This document shows, one piece after another, positions 56,135 through 64,000 of a DNA stretch of 64,000 nucleotides (positions are counted from its first letter, which is position 1; every line of letters starts with the position of its first letter). The position numbers and the translations under genes are program-made. This DNA comes from Candidatus Latescibacterota bacterium (GTDB lineage Bacteria; Latescibacterota; UBA2968). The notes under the pieces are model-generated. The model was not told the DNA's origin. It made no database searches and was given only the letters and a program-made list of their open reading frames with translations. The stretch is taken from positions 2,688,001 through 2,752,000 of the forward strand of contig OZ220741.1 in the NCBI GenBank assembly GCA_965116885.1. Reading direction: 5' to 3'.

Positions 56135-57217
56135 ATGGACAAGCTCAAAATTGCACATATCGGCACGGGGAATCGTGGAACAAACGTGTACCTTCCGCTC
56201 ATCGCTAAGTTGGACGGCCTTGAACTGGTCGCTGTTTGCGATGTAAGCGAAGATTCCGTCGAAGCGCAGGGGGCAAAGTATAGCGTTGCTGCATATACAG
56301 ATACCGCTGAGATGCTGGAAAAAGAGAAGCCGGATATTTGTTCCATCGTTATTACCCCCAGCAATAATCATGTCCCGGGGCTGTTGTGCTCTGAACACGG
56401 CGTGAGTTACTGCACCGAGACGCCGATCGACACAGACCTCGGCTGGGCAGACGAGATGATCGCGTCCGCAAAGCAGCACGGGACGAAGATTGAGGTCAAT
56501 GAAAACTATTATCGCGTGCCATCGGAACGGATTAAACGCGAGATGATTCTGGCGGGTGTATTCGGCAAGATCAACGTTGCATACAACGAATTTCGCGGAC
56601 ACGGGTATCACGGGGTCGGCTTGATTCGCAGTTACGTCGGTTTTGATAACGAACCTCTGCGCGTGTTCGGTGTTCGAAAGAGCTTTGCAGTGCAGGAGCA
56701 CGTCTGGCGGCGAGGTCAGCCGACACGCGACTCAGAGGATTGGCAACAAGGCGTCATCGAATTTGCCGATGGTGCGGTCGGGATATTCCATTTCAGCAGT
56801 TTGTCTTATGGTTCGCCGCTTCGCGGTTTCAACGGTACGAAGTTCTACGCCGAGCGTGGGATGTGCTTCCGCGATGAAGCGGTCATTCTGAATGACACTG
56901 CCGATGAGCAGCGCAAAATCACGATCGCCCGCAAAACCAACGATGTCGATGGGTTTGAGACCCTCGCTGCACTCGTGGCGGATACAACGCCGGAGGTGGT
57001 GTGGGAAAATCCGTTGCAAAATTATCCGCTCAGTGATGGCGAAATTACCGTTGCGTCAGAATTGATGAGTATCGCAAATGCCGTTCGCAACGATACCGAG
57101 CCTGAATATGGGGCTTATAACGGTCGCAAGGACCGGGAGATTGACGTGGCGATGGCGAGATCGTGGGCAAATGATGGTGAGCCTGTGGCGTTCCCATTTG
57201 AATACGAGCGGCGGTAA
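56135..57217 (+). CDS. Gfo/Idh/MocA family oxidoreductase
   Basis: GGAGG SD, KIAHIGTGNRG, LVAVCD, CTETP. Confidence 0.85.
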   Translation: MDKLKIAHIGTGNRGTNVYLPLIAKLDGLELVAVCDVSEDSVEAQGAKYSVAAYTDTAEMLEKEKPDICSIVITPSNNHVPGLLCSEHGVSYCTETPIDTDLGWADEMIASAKQHGTKIEVNENYYRVPSERIKREMILAGVFGKINVAYNEFRGHGYHGVGLIRSYVGFDNEPLRVFGVRKSFAVQEHVWRRGQPTRDSEDWQQGVIEFADGAVGIFHFSSLSYGSPLRGFNGTKFYAERGMCFRDEAVILNDTADEQRKITIARKTNDVDGFETLAALVADTTPEVVWENPLQNYPLSDGEITVASELMSIANAVRNDTEPEYGAYNGRKDREIDVAMARSWANDGEPVAFPFEYERR

Positions 57218-57270
57218 GCTCTCCAGAGGAACATCACCCTAATCATCTGTACATCTGCGTACATCTGCGT

Positions 57271-58560
57271 TCATCTGCGGATGCTTTTCGCCTTTAGCTT
57301 TTTCAACCGTTTTGCTGCTTCGCGCAGGCTGTGGAGAGTGCGGCAGAAGGCAAATCGCAAGTATCGGTTGCCTTCATTGCCCGTTGCGTAGAAGTTGTCG
57401 CCTGGTACAGGGGTGACACCGATTTCCTGGGTCATGTACAGGGCGGAATCGGTTGGATTCATGTCGCATAAGGTGGGGACAGAGCGGTAATCGGCAAAGA
57501 GGTAGTAGGAGCCGTCGGGTGGGGTGATTTTGAATCCGGTGGATTGGAGGGCTTTGAGGAGCAGGTTGCGTTTTTGTAAGAATGGTTTGTGAATATTTTT
57601 GAAGATGGCGTCGGGCAACCGCAACAGGTGCTCGGCGCCTTTTTGCAATGGGGTGGGGGCCTGTACGACGAGGGTGTCGTGAACCGCGCGAATCCGCGGG
57701 GTGTGTTGTTCGGGCGATATGACCCAGCCGACGCGCCAGCCGCTGGCGTTGGCGGTTTTGGTGATGGCGTTGACGACGATGGTGCGCTCGGCCATACCGG
57801 CGAGTGTTGCGGGGCAGATGTGGACGCAATCGCCGTAGAGGATGTGTTCGTAGATTTCGTCGGTGATTAAAAATAGGTCGTGTTTGCAGCAGAGGTCTGC
57901 GATGAAGGCGAGCTCTGCTTCGGAGAAGACTTTGCCCGTGGGGTTGTGTGGCGTGTTGAGGATGAGTGCGCGCGCGCGTTTTGCCGCGGTGGCCCATTCG
58001 TCTTTGTCGATTGCCCAGCCATCGCTTTTTTCACGCAGGGTGACATATTCGCAATGCAGCCCGAACAGGCTGGCCTGGTTGGGATACATTTCGTGAAAGG
58101 GTTGTAAGACGATGACGCCATCGCCGGGATTGCACAGGGCGCGAAGTGTTGAAGATAGCCCTTCGGTCGCGCCTGCGGTAACGGTGATTTGCGTTTCGGG
58201 GTTGGGACGAAAGGCGTAGAATCGCCGGGTGTAGTCTGCGATGGCTTCTCGCAGTTCGGGCAATCCGTAGGGAAAGGAATACTGGTTGTAGCGGTCGTGT
58301 TCGGGTTGGAGGATGGCGCAGAGGTCTTTGAGTGAACGGGTATCGTTGCCCGCGTTGCGCGAGAGGAGGTCGCGCAGGGTGAGTGCGTGCAAGTGCTCGG
58401 CGCCTTCATCTGAGCCACCCAGTATGGCGGCGATGCCCGCCCAGGCGAGGTCGTAGAGTACGGGTTCGTCTGTGATCCCCTGAGAGAGGTTCACCGCATT
58501 GTGCTCAAGGGATAGGCGGGTCATGCGCCGGATGACGGATTCTTGTGGGGAAGAGAACAT
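57271..58560 (-). CDS. PLP-dependent aminotransferase class I/II
   Basis: AVNLSQG, GLPELREAIA, NTPHNPTG, DEIYEH, TKT..ASGWRVG, YLRFAFC. Start is uncertain (58560 or 58590). Confidence 0.9.
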   Translation of the reverse strand: MFSSPQESVIRRMTRLSLEHNAVNLSQGITDEPVLYDLAWAGIAAILGGSDEGAEHLHALTLRDLLSRNAGNDTRSLKDLCAILQPEHDRYNQYSFPYGLPELREAIADYTRRFYAFRPNPETQITVTAGATEGLSSTLRALCNPGDGVIVLQPFHEMYPNQASLFGLHCEYVTLREKSDGWAIDKDEWATAAKRARALILNTPHNPTGKVFSEAELAFIADLCCKHDLFLITDEIYEHILYGDCVHICPATLAGMAERTIVVNAITKTANASGWRVGWVISPEQHTPRIRAVHDTLVVQAPTPLQKGAEHLLRLPDAIFKNIHKPFLQKRNLLLKALQSTGFKITPPDGSYYLFADYRSVPTLCDMNPTDSALYMTQEIGVTPVPGDNFYATGNEGNRYLRFAFCRTLHSLREAAKRLKKLKAKSIRR

Positions 58561-58566
58561 AAGTAA

Positions 58567-58682
58567 GCGAATAGATGGAGCGGTGTACAACTGGCCGCTT
58601 CTCAGGTCAGTTCATAGACGGAACGGGGTACAACTGCGCCAGCAGTTCATCAACGGAACGGAGTACAATTGCATCAATTCAT
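58567..58682 (+). repeat. Three tandem degenerate units: ACGGARCGGNGTAC leader + AAYTG-loop-CARTT hairpin
   Basis: Units start near 58571, 58614 and 58649. Further copies lie at 37511-37552 and 1508-1536. Confidence 0.7.
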
Positions 58683-58685
58683 AAT

Positions 58686-58713
58686 GTAGGGGCGGTGCCC
58701 CCGTGCCCGCCCG
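58686..58713 (+). repeat. GTAG-type REP-like palindrome
   Basis: GTAGGGGCGGTGCCCCCGTGCCCGCCCG, one mismatch to the copy at 47562-47589. Confidence 0.75.
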
Positions 58714-58724
58714 TTAGTTGGCCC

Positions 58725-60086
58725 TTATCCCAATAATTTCTGTTCCCATGTTTTTATGTATTCTTCGGGCGATAGGTGGCTGTCCGGCGCGCTTCGATGT
58801 TTGTCGTACATATCTTCTGCTTGTGCTGCTATGACCTCTGGATCTTCGGGGATTTCGCCCTGGTCGCCGTAGGTTTCGATCCAGTTGTCGAGGCGCGCGC
58901 GAAGGTCGTTGAGCGCGTTCTGATGGTCTGGCGATTCTGCGAGGTTTTCGACTTCGTGGGGGTCGGCTTGCAGGTCGTAGAGTTCTTCGTAAGGGCGATA
59001 GGGCGCGAGGAATTTTGCCTGTGCTTCGGTGAGTTTGCCTTCTTTGCCGAGCAGGGGCAGGAGTGTCCAGAGGGGGTATTGCTGGTATTTGTAGCGGTTG
59101 AATTGCATGTAGGGGCGGTCGGGGTGATAGTTGCGTATGTATTTGTAGTTTTTGGTGCGTACGCAGCGGATGCGATCTACTGTGCCGTCACATCGGTCGC
59201 GTGCTGAGAAGACTTCACTGCGGGATTTTGCATCGGGACCCAGGAAGATGTTGCCCTCCATTTCCGGGGGGATGTCTAAGCCCGCGAGCGAGAGCGCGGT
59301 GGGTGCGAGGTCTATGCCGCTGACGAGTTCGTCGCTTACGACGCCTGCGTCGATGTGCCCGGGCCAGCGCACAATGCAGGGTATGCGAATGCCGCCGTCG
59401 TAGAGGAATTGTTTGTCGCGGATATGCGCGCGTCCGTGATCGGCGATGAGGAAGACGATGGTGTTGTCGGCGACCCCTTCGTCTTCGAGGCGCTGGAGCA
59501 CCTGGCCGACTTTGCGGTCAAAGACCTGAGCACTTTCGAGATACATGGCCCAATCTTTTCTGATGAGGGGGTGATCGGGATAATAAGGCGGGATCTCTAC
59601 GGCGTCGGGATCGACGGGGTTTTGCGGGTCGGGCGTGAAGTTGCGATGTGTGTCTGTGATGTTGTTCTGGGCGTAAAAGGGCTGGCCCTCGGCGCGTTGG
59701 GTCCAGTCAATGCCGTCAAAGACGCCGTTGCGCTGGAAGTTGAAGTCGGTTTTGCCGGGTTTGTCAAAGGGCGGTCCCGGGCTGTTGCAGGTGTAATATC
59801 CCGCATCGCGGAAGTAGTCGGTGATGAGGCGAATGTGTTCGGGCAATGGGGTGTCGCGCTTGCTGCGGTGATTGTGCGCGCCAAAGCTGGTTTGATAGCG
59901 GCCGGTGATGATGGCCGATCTGCTCGGGGAACACACCGGGCAGGTGACAAATGCATTTGTAAATAGTGTGCCTTCCGATGCGAGTTTGTCGATGTTGGGT
60001 GTTTGCACGGCTGGCGTGCCATAGCAGGCGAGGTTGGGATAGAGGTCTTCGCCGTAGATCCAGAGGATATTGGGTTTATTGGGCAT
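58725..60086 (-). CDS. Cys-type sulfatase (sulfamidase-like)
   Basis: KPNILWIYGED, CSPSRSAIITG, GKTD, ADHG, ARDRCD, EELYDLQADP. Confidence 0.92.
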   Translation of the reverse strand: MPNKPNILWIYGEDLYPNLACYGTPAVQTPNIDKLASEGTLFTNAFVTCPVCSPSRSAIITGRYQTSFGAHNHRSKRDTPLPEHIRLITDYFRDAGYYTCNSPGPPFDKPGKTDFNFQRNGVFDGIDWTQRAEGQPFYAQNNITDTHRNFTPDPQNPVDPDAVEIPPYYPDHPLIRKDWAMYLESAQVFDRKVGQVLQRLEDEGVADNTIVFLIADHGRAHIRDKQFLYDGGIRIPCIVRWPGHIDAGVVSDELVSGIDLAPTALSLAGLDIPPEMEGNIFLGPDAKSRSEVFSARDRCDGTVDRIRCVRTKNYKYIRNYHPDRPYMQFNRYKYQQYPLWTLLPLLGKEGKLTEAQAKFLAPYRPYEELYDLQADPHEVENLAESPDHQNALNDLRARLDNWIETYGDQGEIPEDPEVIAAQAEDMYDKHRSAPDSHLSPEEYIKTWEQKLLG

Positions 60087-60131
60087 AGTGAGAGATCTTT
60101 CTGTGTGTGGTTTGAGCTGTCGTGCAATGTT

Positions 60132-60158
60132 GTAGGGGCAGGCCCCTGTGCCTGCCCG
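60132..60158 (+). repeat. GTAG-type REP-like palindrome
   Basis: GTAGGGGCAGGCCCCTGTGCCTGCCCG. Confidence 0.75.
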
Positions 60159-60173
60159 TTGGTCTATTCGTCT

Positions 60174-60977
60174 TTATCGCGCGCCGCATGCTTGCAAGGA
60201 TGCTTGCATGTGTCCGCGGGTTTCCGCGCCGATGATGCAACATTGTTCCAGGCTGTGTCCCTGTGCTCTTGTGCCGATGACTTCGAGGTTGACGGGTCCG
60301 TCGTAACCGTTTTCGTGCAGGACGCGGATATAACCGACGAGGTCGATGTCGCCGCGACCATTGGCCTGGTTTGCAGGGTCACCGGGACCGCGCTCGCGGC
60401 CTTTGCAGTCGCGGATGTGGACGTGTTTGACGCGCGAGACAACGGCTGCGATGGCTTCAACTGGATTTTCGTTCGCGCGGTGGATGTGCGAGGGGTCCAT
60501 GTCAATGCCAAAGGCGGGAGATGAGATGGCTTCCATCGCCCGCAGGGTGGTTGGGGTGTTGTAGATGGCTGCACCCACATGGGCTTTGACGCAGAGGGTT
60601 ACGCCGTATGTTTCGGCTCTGTTGGCGAGGTTGCCGAGGGAGTCGATGCTTTGCTGAAAGGTTTCTTCGTCATCCGATTTTCCACCCGGACCGCAATTGA
60701 CTACGGGGATACCGGCTTCGTTTGCAGCTTGAAATGCTTTTTCCATCATTTCAGGATCTTGTCTGGGTTGTTCCATGGCGAGGAGTTCGAGGCCGTATTC
60801 ACGTCCCAGACGTCTGGCTTCCCGGGCTGTTTCGCGCCAGTTGTCGAGGACGAGGTGCTGGCTCATGCCGCCAATTGCCGCAACTTCTATGCCGTCGTAT
60901 CCTGCCATGGCGGTGTACTTAAAAGCGGTTTCCATGTCCCACGCGCCAAAAAGAACAGAGTTGAGTCCGAGTTTCAT
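60174..60977 (-). CDS. Sugar phosphate isomerase/epimerase (xylose isomerase-like TIM barrel)
   Basis: AGYDGIEV, DMDPSH, HVHIRD, GRGDID, GYDGPVNLE. Confidence 0.85.
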   Translation of the reverse strand: MKLGLNSVLFGAWDMETAFKYTAMAGYDGIEVAAIGGMSQHLVLDNWRETAREARRLGREYGLELLAMEQPRQDPEMMEKAFQAANEAGIPVVNCGPGGKSDDEETFQQSIDSLGNLANRAETYGVTLCVKAHVGAAIYNTPTTLRAMEAISSPAFGIDMDPSHIHRANENPVEAIAAVVSRVKHVHIRDCKGRERGPGDPANQANGRGDIDLVGYIRVLHENGYDGPVNLEVIGTRAQGHSLEQCCIIGAETRGHMQASLQACGAR

Positions 60978-60996
60978 GTTTCCTCCTGTAAGGGGT

Positions 60997-62052
60997 TTAT
61001 TGATTCTGCATCGCTGGCAAGTCCGTGCGCGATCCGCGTACGTCTATCGCTTCTCTGGAGAGCCGAGCCTGGGGTGATTCACCATTTAAGATTCGTTCAA
61101 AATCATCGCCGATGACTTCGGCGACTTGCAAGTTCGCGTCTCGCGTGCGCCCGGCAATGTGGGGGGTGTGGACCACATTGTTCCGATTGCGCAATAGATC
61201 GTCTGTGGGCACTGGTTCGTTGTCATATACGTCAAATGCACCGGCGAGTTCGTTGGCGATAATGCGTTCCCGCAATGCGTCCATATCGACGGCATGTGCG
61301 CGGGTGGTGATTACGATTAGGCTGCCTTTGCGCAATCGATAGATGCGTTCCCGCGATAGGATTTTTCTGGCAGATGGCGTTGGCGGTATGGTGACGACGA
61401 CTATCTCGCATTCATCTACAAGGGTGTCCATTTCCACGCCTTCTACGCCGAGTTCATCCAATCGCGATTTTGGAATAAATGGATCGTAGCCCAGCACGCG
61501 CGAGCCGAGGGCGTTGCACCACGATGCCATCCGTCCGCCGATTTGTCCCAGTCCCATGACGCCGACGGTTTTTGTTCCCAATGTGCCGTTGACGAAATCT
61601 GGATTGTCGCAAAATTGCACGTATTCAAAATTCCACAGGCGTTCCCCCGATGCCATGCGCTTGTGCCATTGCGGTATCATGCGCAGGGCATTTAATGTCA
61701 GGGCGAGTGTGATTTCTGCGACAGATGCCGCCCACGCGCGCGTGCCATCAATGATGGGGATGTCGCGTTCAAACATGCCATCGACCGGAAGAGAGCGATG
61801 ACCCCAATTATCCAGGACTCCTCCCACTGCTTTCAATTCGGGCGCGCGTGCCAAACACGCGTCTGTCAACTGTCCGCCGAATAGCGCGATGGCGGATATA
61901 TGCGATAAATCCGTCAATTCCGAAAGAGGTGATCCGCGTTCTACCTGTACCACGCGCACTTCATCTATTTCATTCAGCCGCGCCATCAGTGCCTCTGGCA
62001 CAAACGGCCATGACCGTTCCAGATTTTCTGTCCGAGCAAACAGAATCGCCAT
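60997..62052 (-). CDS. D-2-hydroxyacid dehydrogenase family protein
   Basis: SVAE, TVGVMGLGQIG, YDPF, FDVYDNEP, TPHIAG. Confidence 0.88.
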   Translation of the reverse strand: MAILFARTENLERSWPFVPEALMARLNEIDEVRVVQVERGSPLSELTDLSHISAIALFGGQLTDACLARAPELKAVGGVLDNWGHRSLPVDGMFERDIPIIDGTRAWAASVAEITLALTLNALRMIPQWHKRMASGERLWNFEYVQFCDNPDFVNGTLGTKTVGVMGLGQIGGRMASWCNALGSRVLGYDPFIPKSRLDELGVEGVEMDTLVDECEIVVVTIPPTPSARKILSRERIYRLRKGSLIVITTRAHAVDMDALRERIIANELAGAFDVYDNEPVPTDDLLRNRNNVVHTPHIAGRTRDANLQVAEVIGDDFERILNGESPQARLSREAIDVRGSRTDLPAMQNQ

Positions 62053-62179
62053 TGTCCATCCTTTCTATTGACTATAAAAAATAACATAGAGCGACAAGAT
62101 AATGCGTCTTGCCTGGACAAACAAGAACCAAAAAATGCGGATGTATTGTGGGAGGGGAAGGAGGCGGGGTGAGACGGGA

Positions 62180-62207
62180 AACGAGTTCGCCCAGCACCGG
62201 GCGAACT
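62180..62207 (-). terminator. Hairpin after the YWTD gene
   Basis: CGAGTTCGCCC-AGCACC-GGGCGAACTCG, with only a short T-tract. Confidence 0.5.
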
Positions 62208-62222
62208 CGCAGTTTTCATAGC

Positions 62223-63431
62223 CTACGGCGCGAGCATCAGGGCGATGCCGTGTGGATTGACCAATCCAGTGGTGACGAGGGCTTCGGGACTGGAGCCGTC
62301 GAGGTTGGCACGCCAGATTTTACCGTTATCGACGTTACCGGTGCCAGCATCTACCCAGTACATCTTTGGGGGATCGCTTGTCAGGTCCAGAGCAATATCG
62401 CGCGGAGCGGTGGCCGGGCCAGCGAGTGACTGCCCGCCGAATGTTCTGGTGTTGAGGATATCTTCTGGTTCAGTACCATCTAAATTGGCACGCCGTATTC
62501 TATCCCTGACGATGTCTGTCCAGTACATTTTTCCCGCGGCCACATCCAGAGCAATGCCTCTTGGAACCCGCAAGAAGTTTTCGTAGGTGAGAAGGGTTTC
62601 GACGTTGGAGCCATCGAGGTTGGCGCGCTGGATTTTATCGTCTTGAAGTGGGTTGGGGGCACCCGTGCCGGAGTCTGTCCAGTACATTTTGCCTCCGGCC
62701 ACATCCAGGGCGATGCCCTGTGGATTAACCAATCCAGTAGTGACGAGGGCTTCGGGACTGGAGCCGTCGAGGTTGGCGCGCTGGATTTTACCATTATCGA
62801 CATTGGCCCTGCCAGCATCTACCCAGTACATCTTTGGAGGATCGCTTGTCAGGTCCAGGGCAATGTCGCGCGGGGTGGTGGCCGGACCGGGAAGTGACTG
62901 CCCGCCGATTGTTCTGGTATCTATGACCAGTTCTATGTCAGAACCATCGAAGTTGGCACGCCGGATACTATCTGTGACGGAGTCTGTCCAGTACATTTTT
63001 CCCGCGGCTATATCCAGAGCAATGCCCCTTGGAAGTCGCAATTGGTTTTGGAAGGTGAGGAGGGTTTCAACGTTGGAGCCATCGAGGTTGGCGCGCTGGA
63101 TTTTATCATCCTGTAGAGGGTTGTCGCCACCCGTGCCGGAGTCTGTCCAGTATATTTTGCCCATAGCCTTAGGTGCTTCTTTGCCAAAGCTTCCAGCGAA
63201 TATCAGGAAGTCGCCAAATCCGACCTCGCCGTCGCCATCCAGATCGAATCGGGCTTCATACCTTTCATCGCCCTGACGTGCTCCGAACTTACCGGCAAAG
63301 AGCAAGAAGTCAGTAAAATCGACCTCGCCACTCGCATCAAAGTCCGGATTACCTGATTGTGATCCAATCTTGGCCTGAAGCGGTTGCGTTAGCAGACCGA
63401 TGGATAGGATTGCGAGGATTAATAAACGCAT
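62223..63431 (-). CDS. Secreted dockerin/EF-hand-like + six YWTD (LDL-receptor class B) repeat protein
   Basis: Signal peptide, DFDASGEVDFTDF and DLDGDGEVGFGDF, six YW(T/V)D motifs with GIALD and RANLDGS. Confidence 0.9.
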   Translation of the reverse strand: MRLLILAILSIGLLTQPLQAKIGSQSGNPDFDASGEVDFTDFLLFAGKFGARQGDERYEARFDLDGDGEVGFGDFLIFAGSFGKEAPKAMGKIYWTDSGTGGDNPLQDDKIQRANLDGSNVETLLTFQNQLRLPRGIALDIAAGKMYWTDSVTDSIRRANFDGSDIELVIDTRTIGGQSLPGPATTPRDIALDLTSDPPKMYWVDAGRANVDNGKIQRANLDGSSPEALVTTGLVNPQGIALDVAGGKMYWTDSGTGAPNPLQDDKIQRANLDGSNVETLLTYENFLRVPRGIALDVAAGKMYWTDIVRDRIRRANLDGTEPEDILNTRTFGGQSLAGPATAPRDIALDLTSDPPKMYWVDAGTGNVDNGKIWRANLDGSSPEALVTTGLVNPHGIALMLAP

Positions 63432-63587
63432 GGTTTTCCTCCTGATTGTGGGGGTTTAAGCGCTTTTATTAGCCCTTATAAGGCATGATAACATGAGAGA
63501 CATGGATTTGCCAAATAAAAATAATCATGATGCCCGAACGCGAGAATCTGTCTTTGATTCCCGTGTATTCGGCTGTACATAAATTTT

Positions 63588-63615
63588 TTGACTTATGCGT
63601 TTTGTATGTTATCAT
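63588..63615 (+). promoter_or_regulatory. Putative sigma-70 promoter
   Basis: TTGACT-16 nt-TATCAT with extended -10 TG. Confidence 0.45.
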
Positions 63616-63653
63616 GCGTTTATATAAACCACAACTCATCAGGAGATTTGACT

Positions 63654-64000
63654 ATGAGTAGCAAAGTTGCAATTGTCACTGGCGCGGGCAGCGGGATTGG
63701 CAAACACACGACCCTTGCCTTTTTGGATGCGGGATATTCTGTGACCCTGGCAGGACGACGGGAAGAAACTTTGAATGCCACGGTAAGTGAAGCGGGTGTA
63801 GATGGTTCAAAAACGCTTGTTGTGCCGACAGATGTTGGCGATCCAGCGTCTGTGGCAAATCTTTTTGCACGGACAAAAGAGAAATTTGGACGTCTGGATG
63901 TGCTTTTCAATAATGCGGGTGTGGGCGCGCCTGGCGTCAATCTCGAGGATTTGACTTTTGAGCAATGGCAAACGGTGGTCAATACCAATTTAACGGGTGT
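63654..64000 (+). CDS. Short-chain dehydrogenase/reductase, truncated by the window end
   Basis: [23 protein letters not shown]...[11 protein letters not shown]. Confidence 0.9.
   Translation, partial: MSSKVAIVTGAGSGIGKHTTLAFLDAGYSVTLAGRREETLNATVSEAGVDGSKTLVVPTDVGDPASVANLFARTKEKFGRLDVLFNNAGVGAPGVNLEDLTFEQWQTVVNTNLTG

Noticed and set aside
58567..58713. Possible mini CRISPR array
   Set aside because: Repeats are degenerate, the variable parts are only 3-14 nt, and no cas genes are present. Reported as a novel repeat instead.

Overview
Bacterial, moderately GC-rich window of about 55 protein-coding genes. I saw no rRNA, tRNA, CRISPR array or transposase. Housekeeping genes (tilS-ftsH-folP, holA, trxA, a TolC-MFP-RND operon, a lone modA) are interspersed with catabolic genes: five Cys-type sulfatases, four Gfo/Idh/MocA oxidoreductases, and heparinase II/III-like, beta-helix, SGNH and M24 peptidase genes. 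Three toxin-antitoxin loci, a serpin and a YWTD/dockerin protein are also present. This content resembles sponge-symbiont lineages such as Latescibacterota, Gemmatimonadota or Poribacteria (inference only). Main observations: (1) a tandem pair of PhyH-family Fe/2OG enzymes, one with H-x-G in place of H-x-D, the signature of radical halogenases; (2) two tandem signal peptide + TM + CutA-like (PII superfamily) proteins that look like an undescribed membrane receptor pair; (3) a sensor kinase and sigma-54 activator followed by a consensus sigma-54 promoter with twin palindromic enhancer sites, upstream of lipid-modifying genes and a modular array of secreted paralogs ending in Phe; (4) an apparent -1 frameshift at A_AAA_AAG at the 5' end of ftsH, probably an assembly indel because two other genes show single-base frameshifts; (5) several intergenic repeat families. 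Family assignments come from motif recognition by eye, not database searches.
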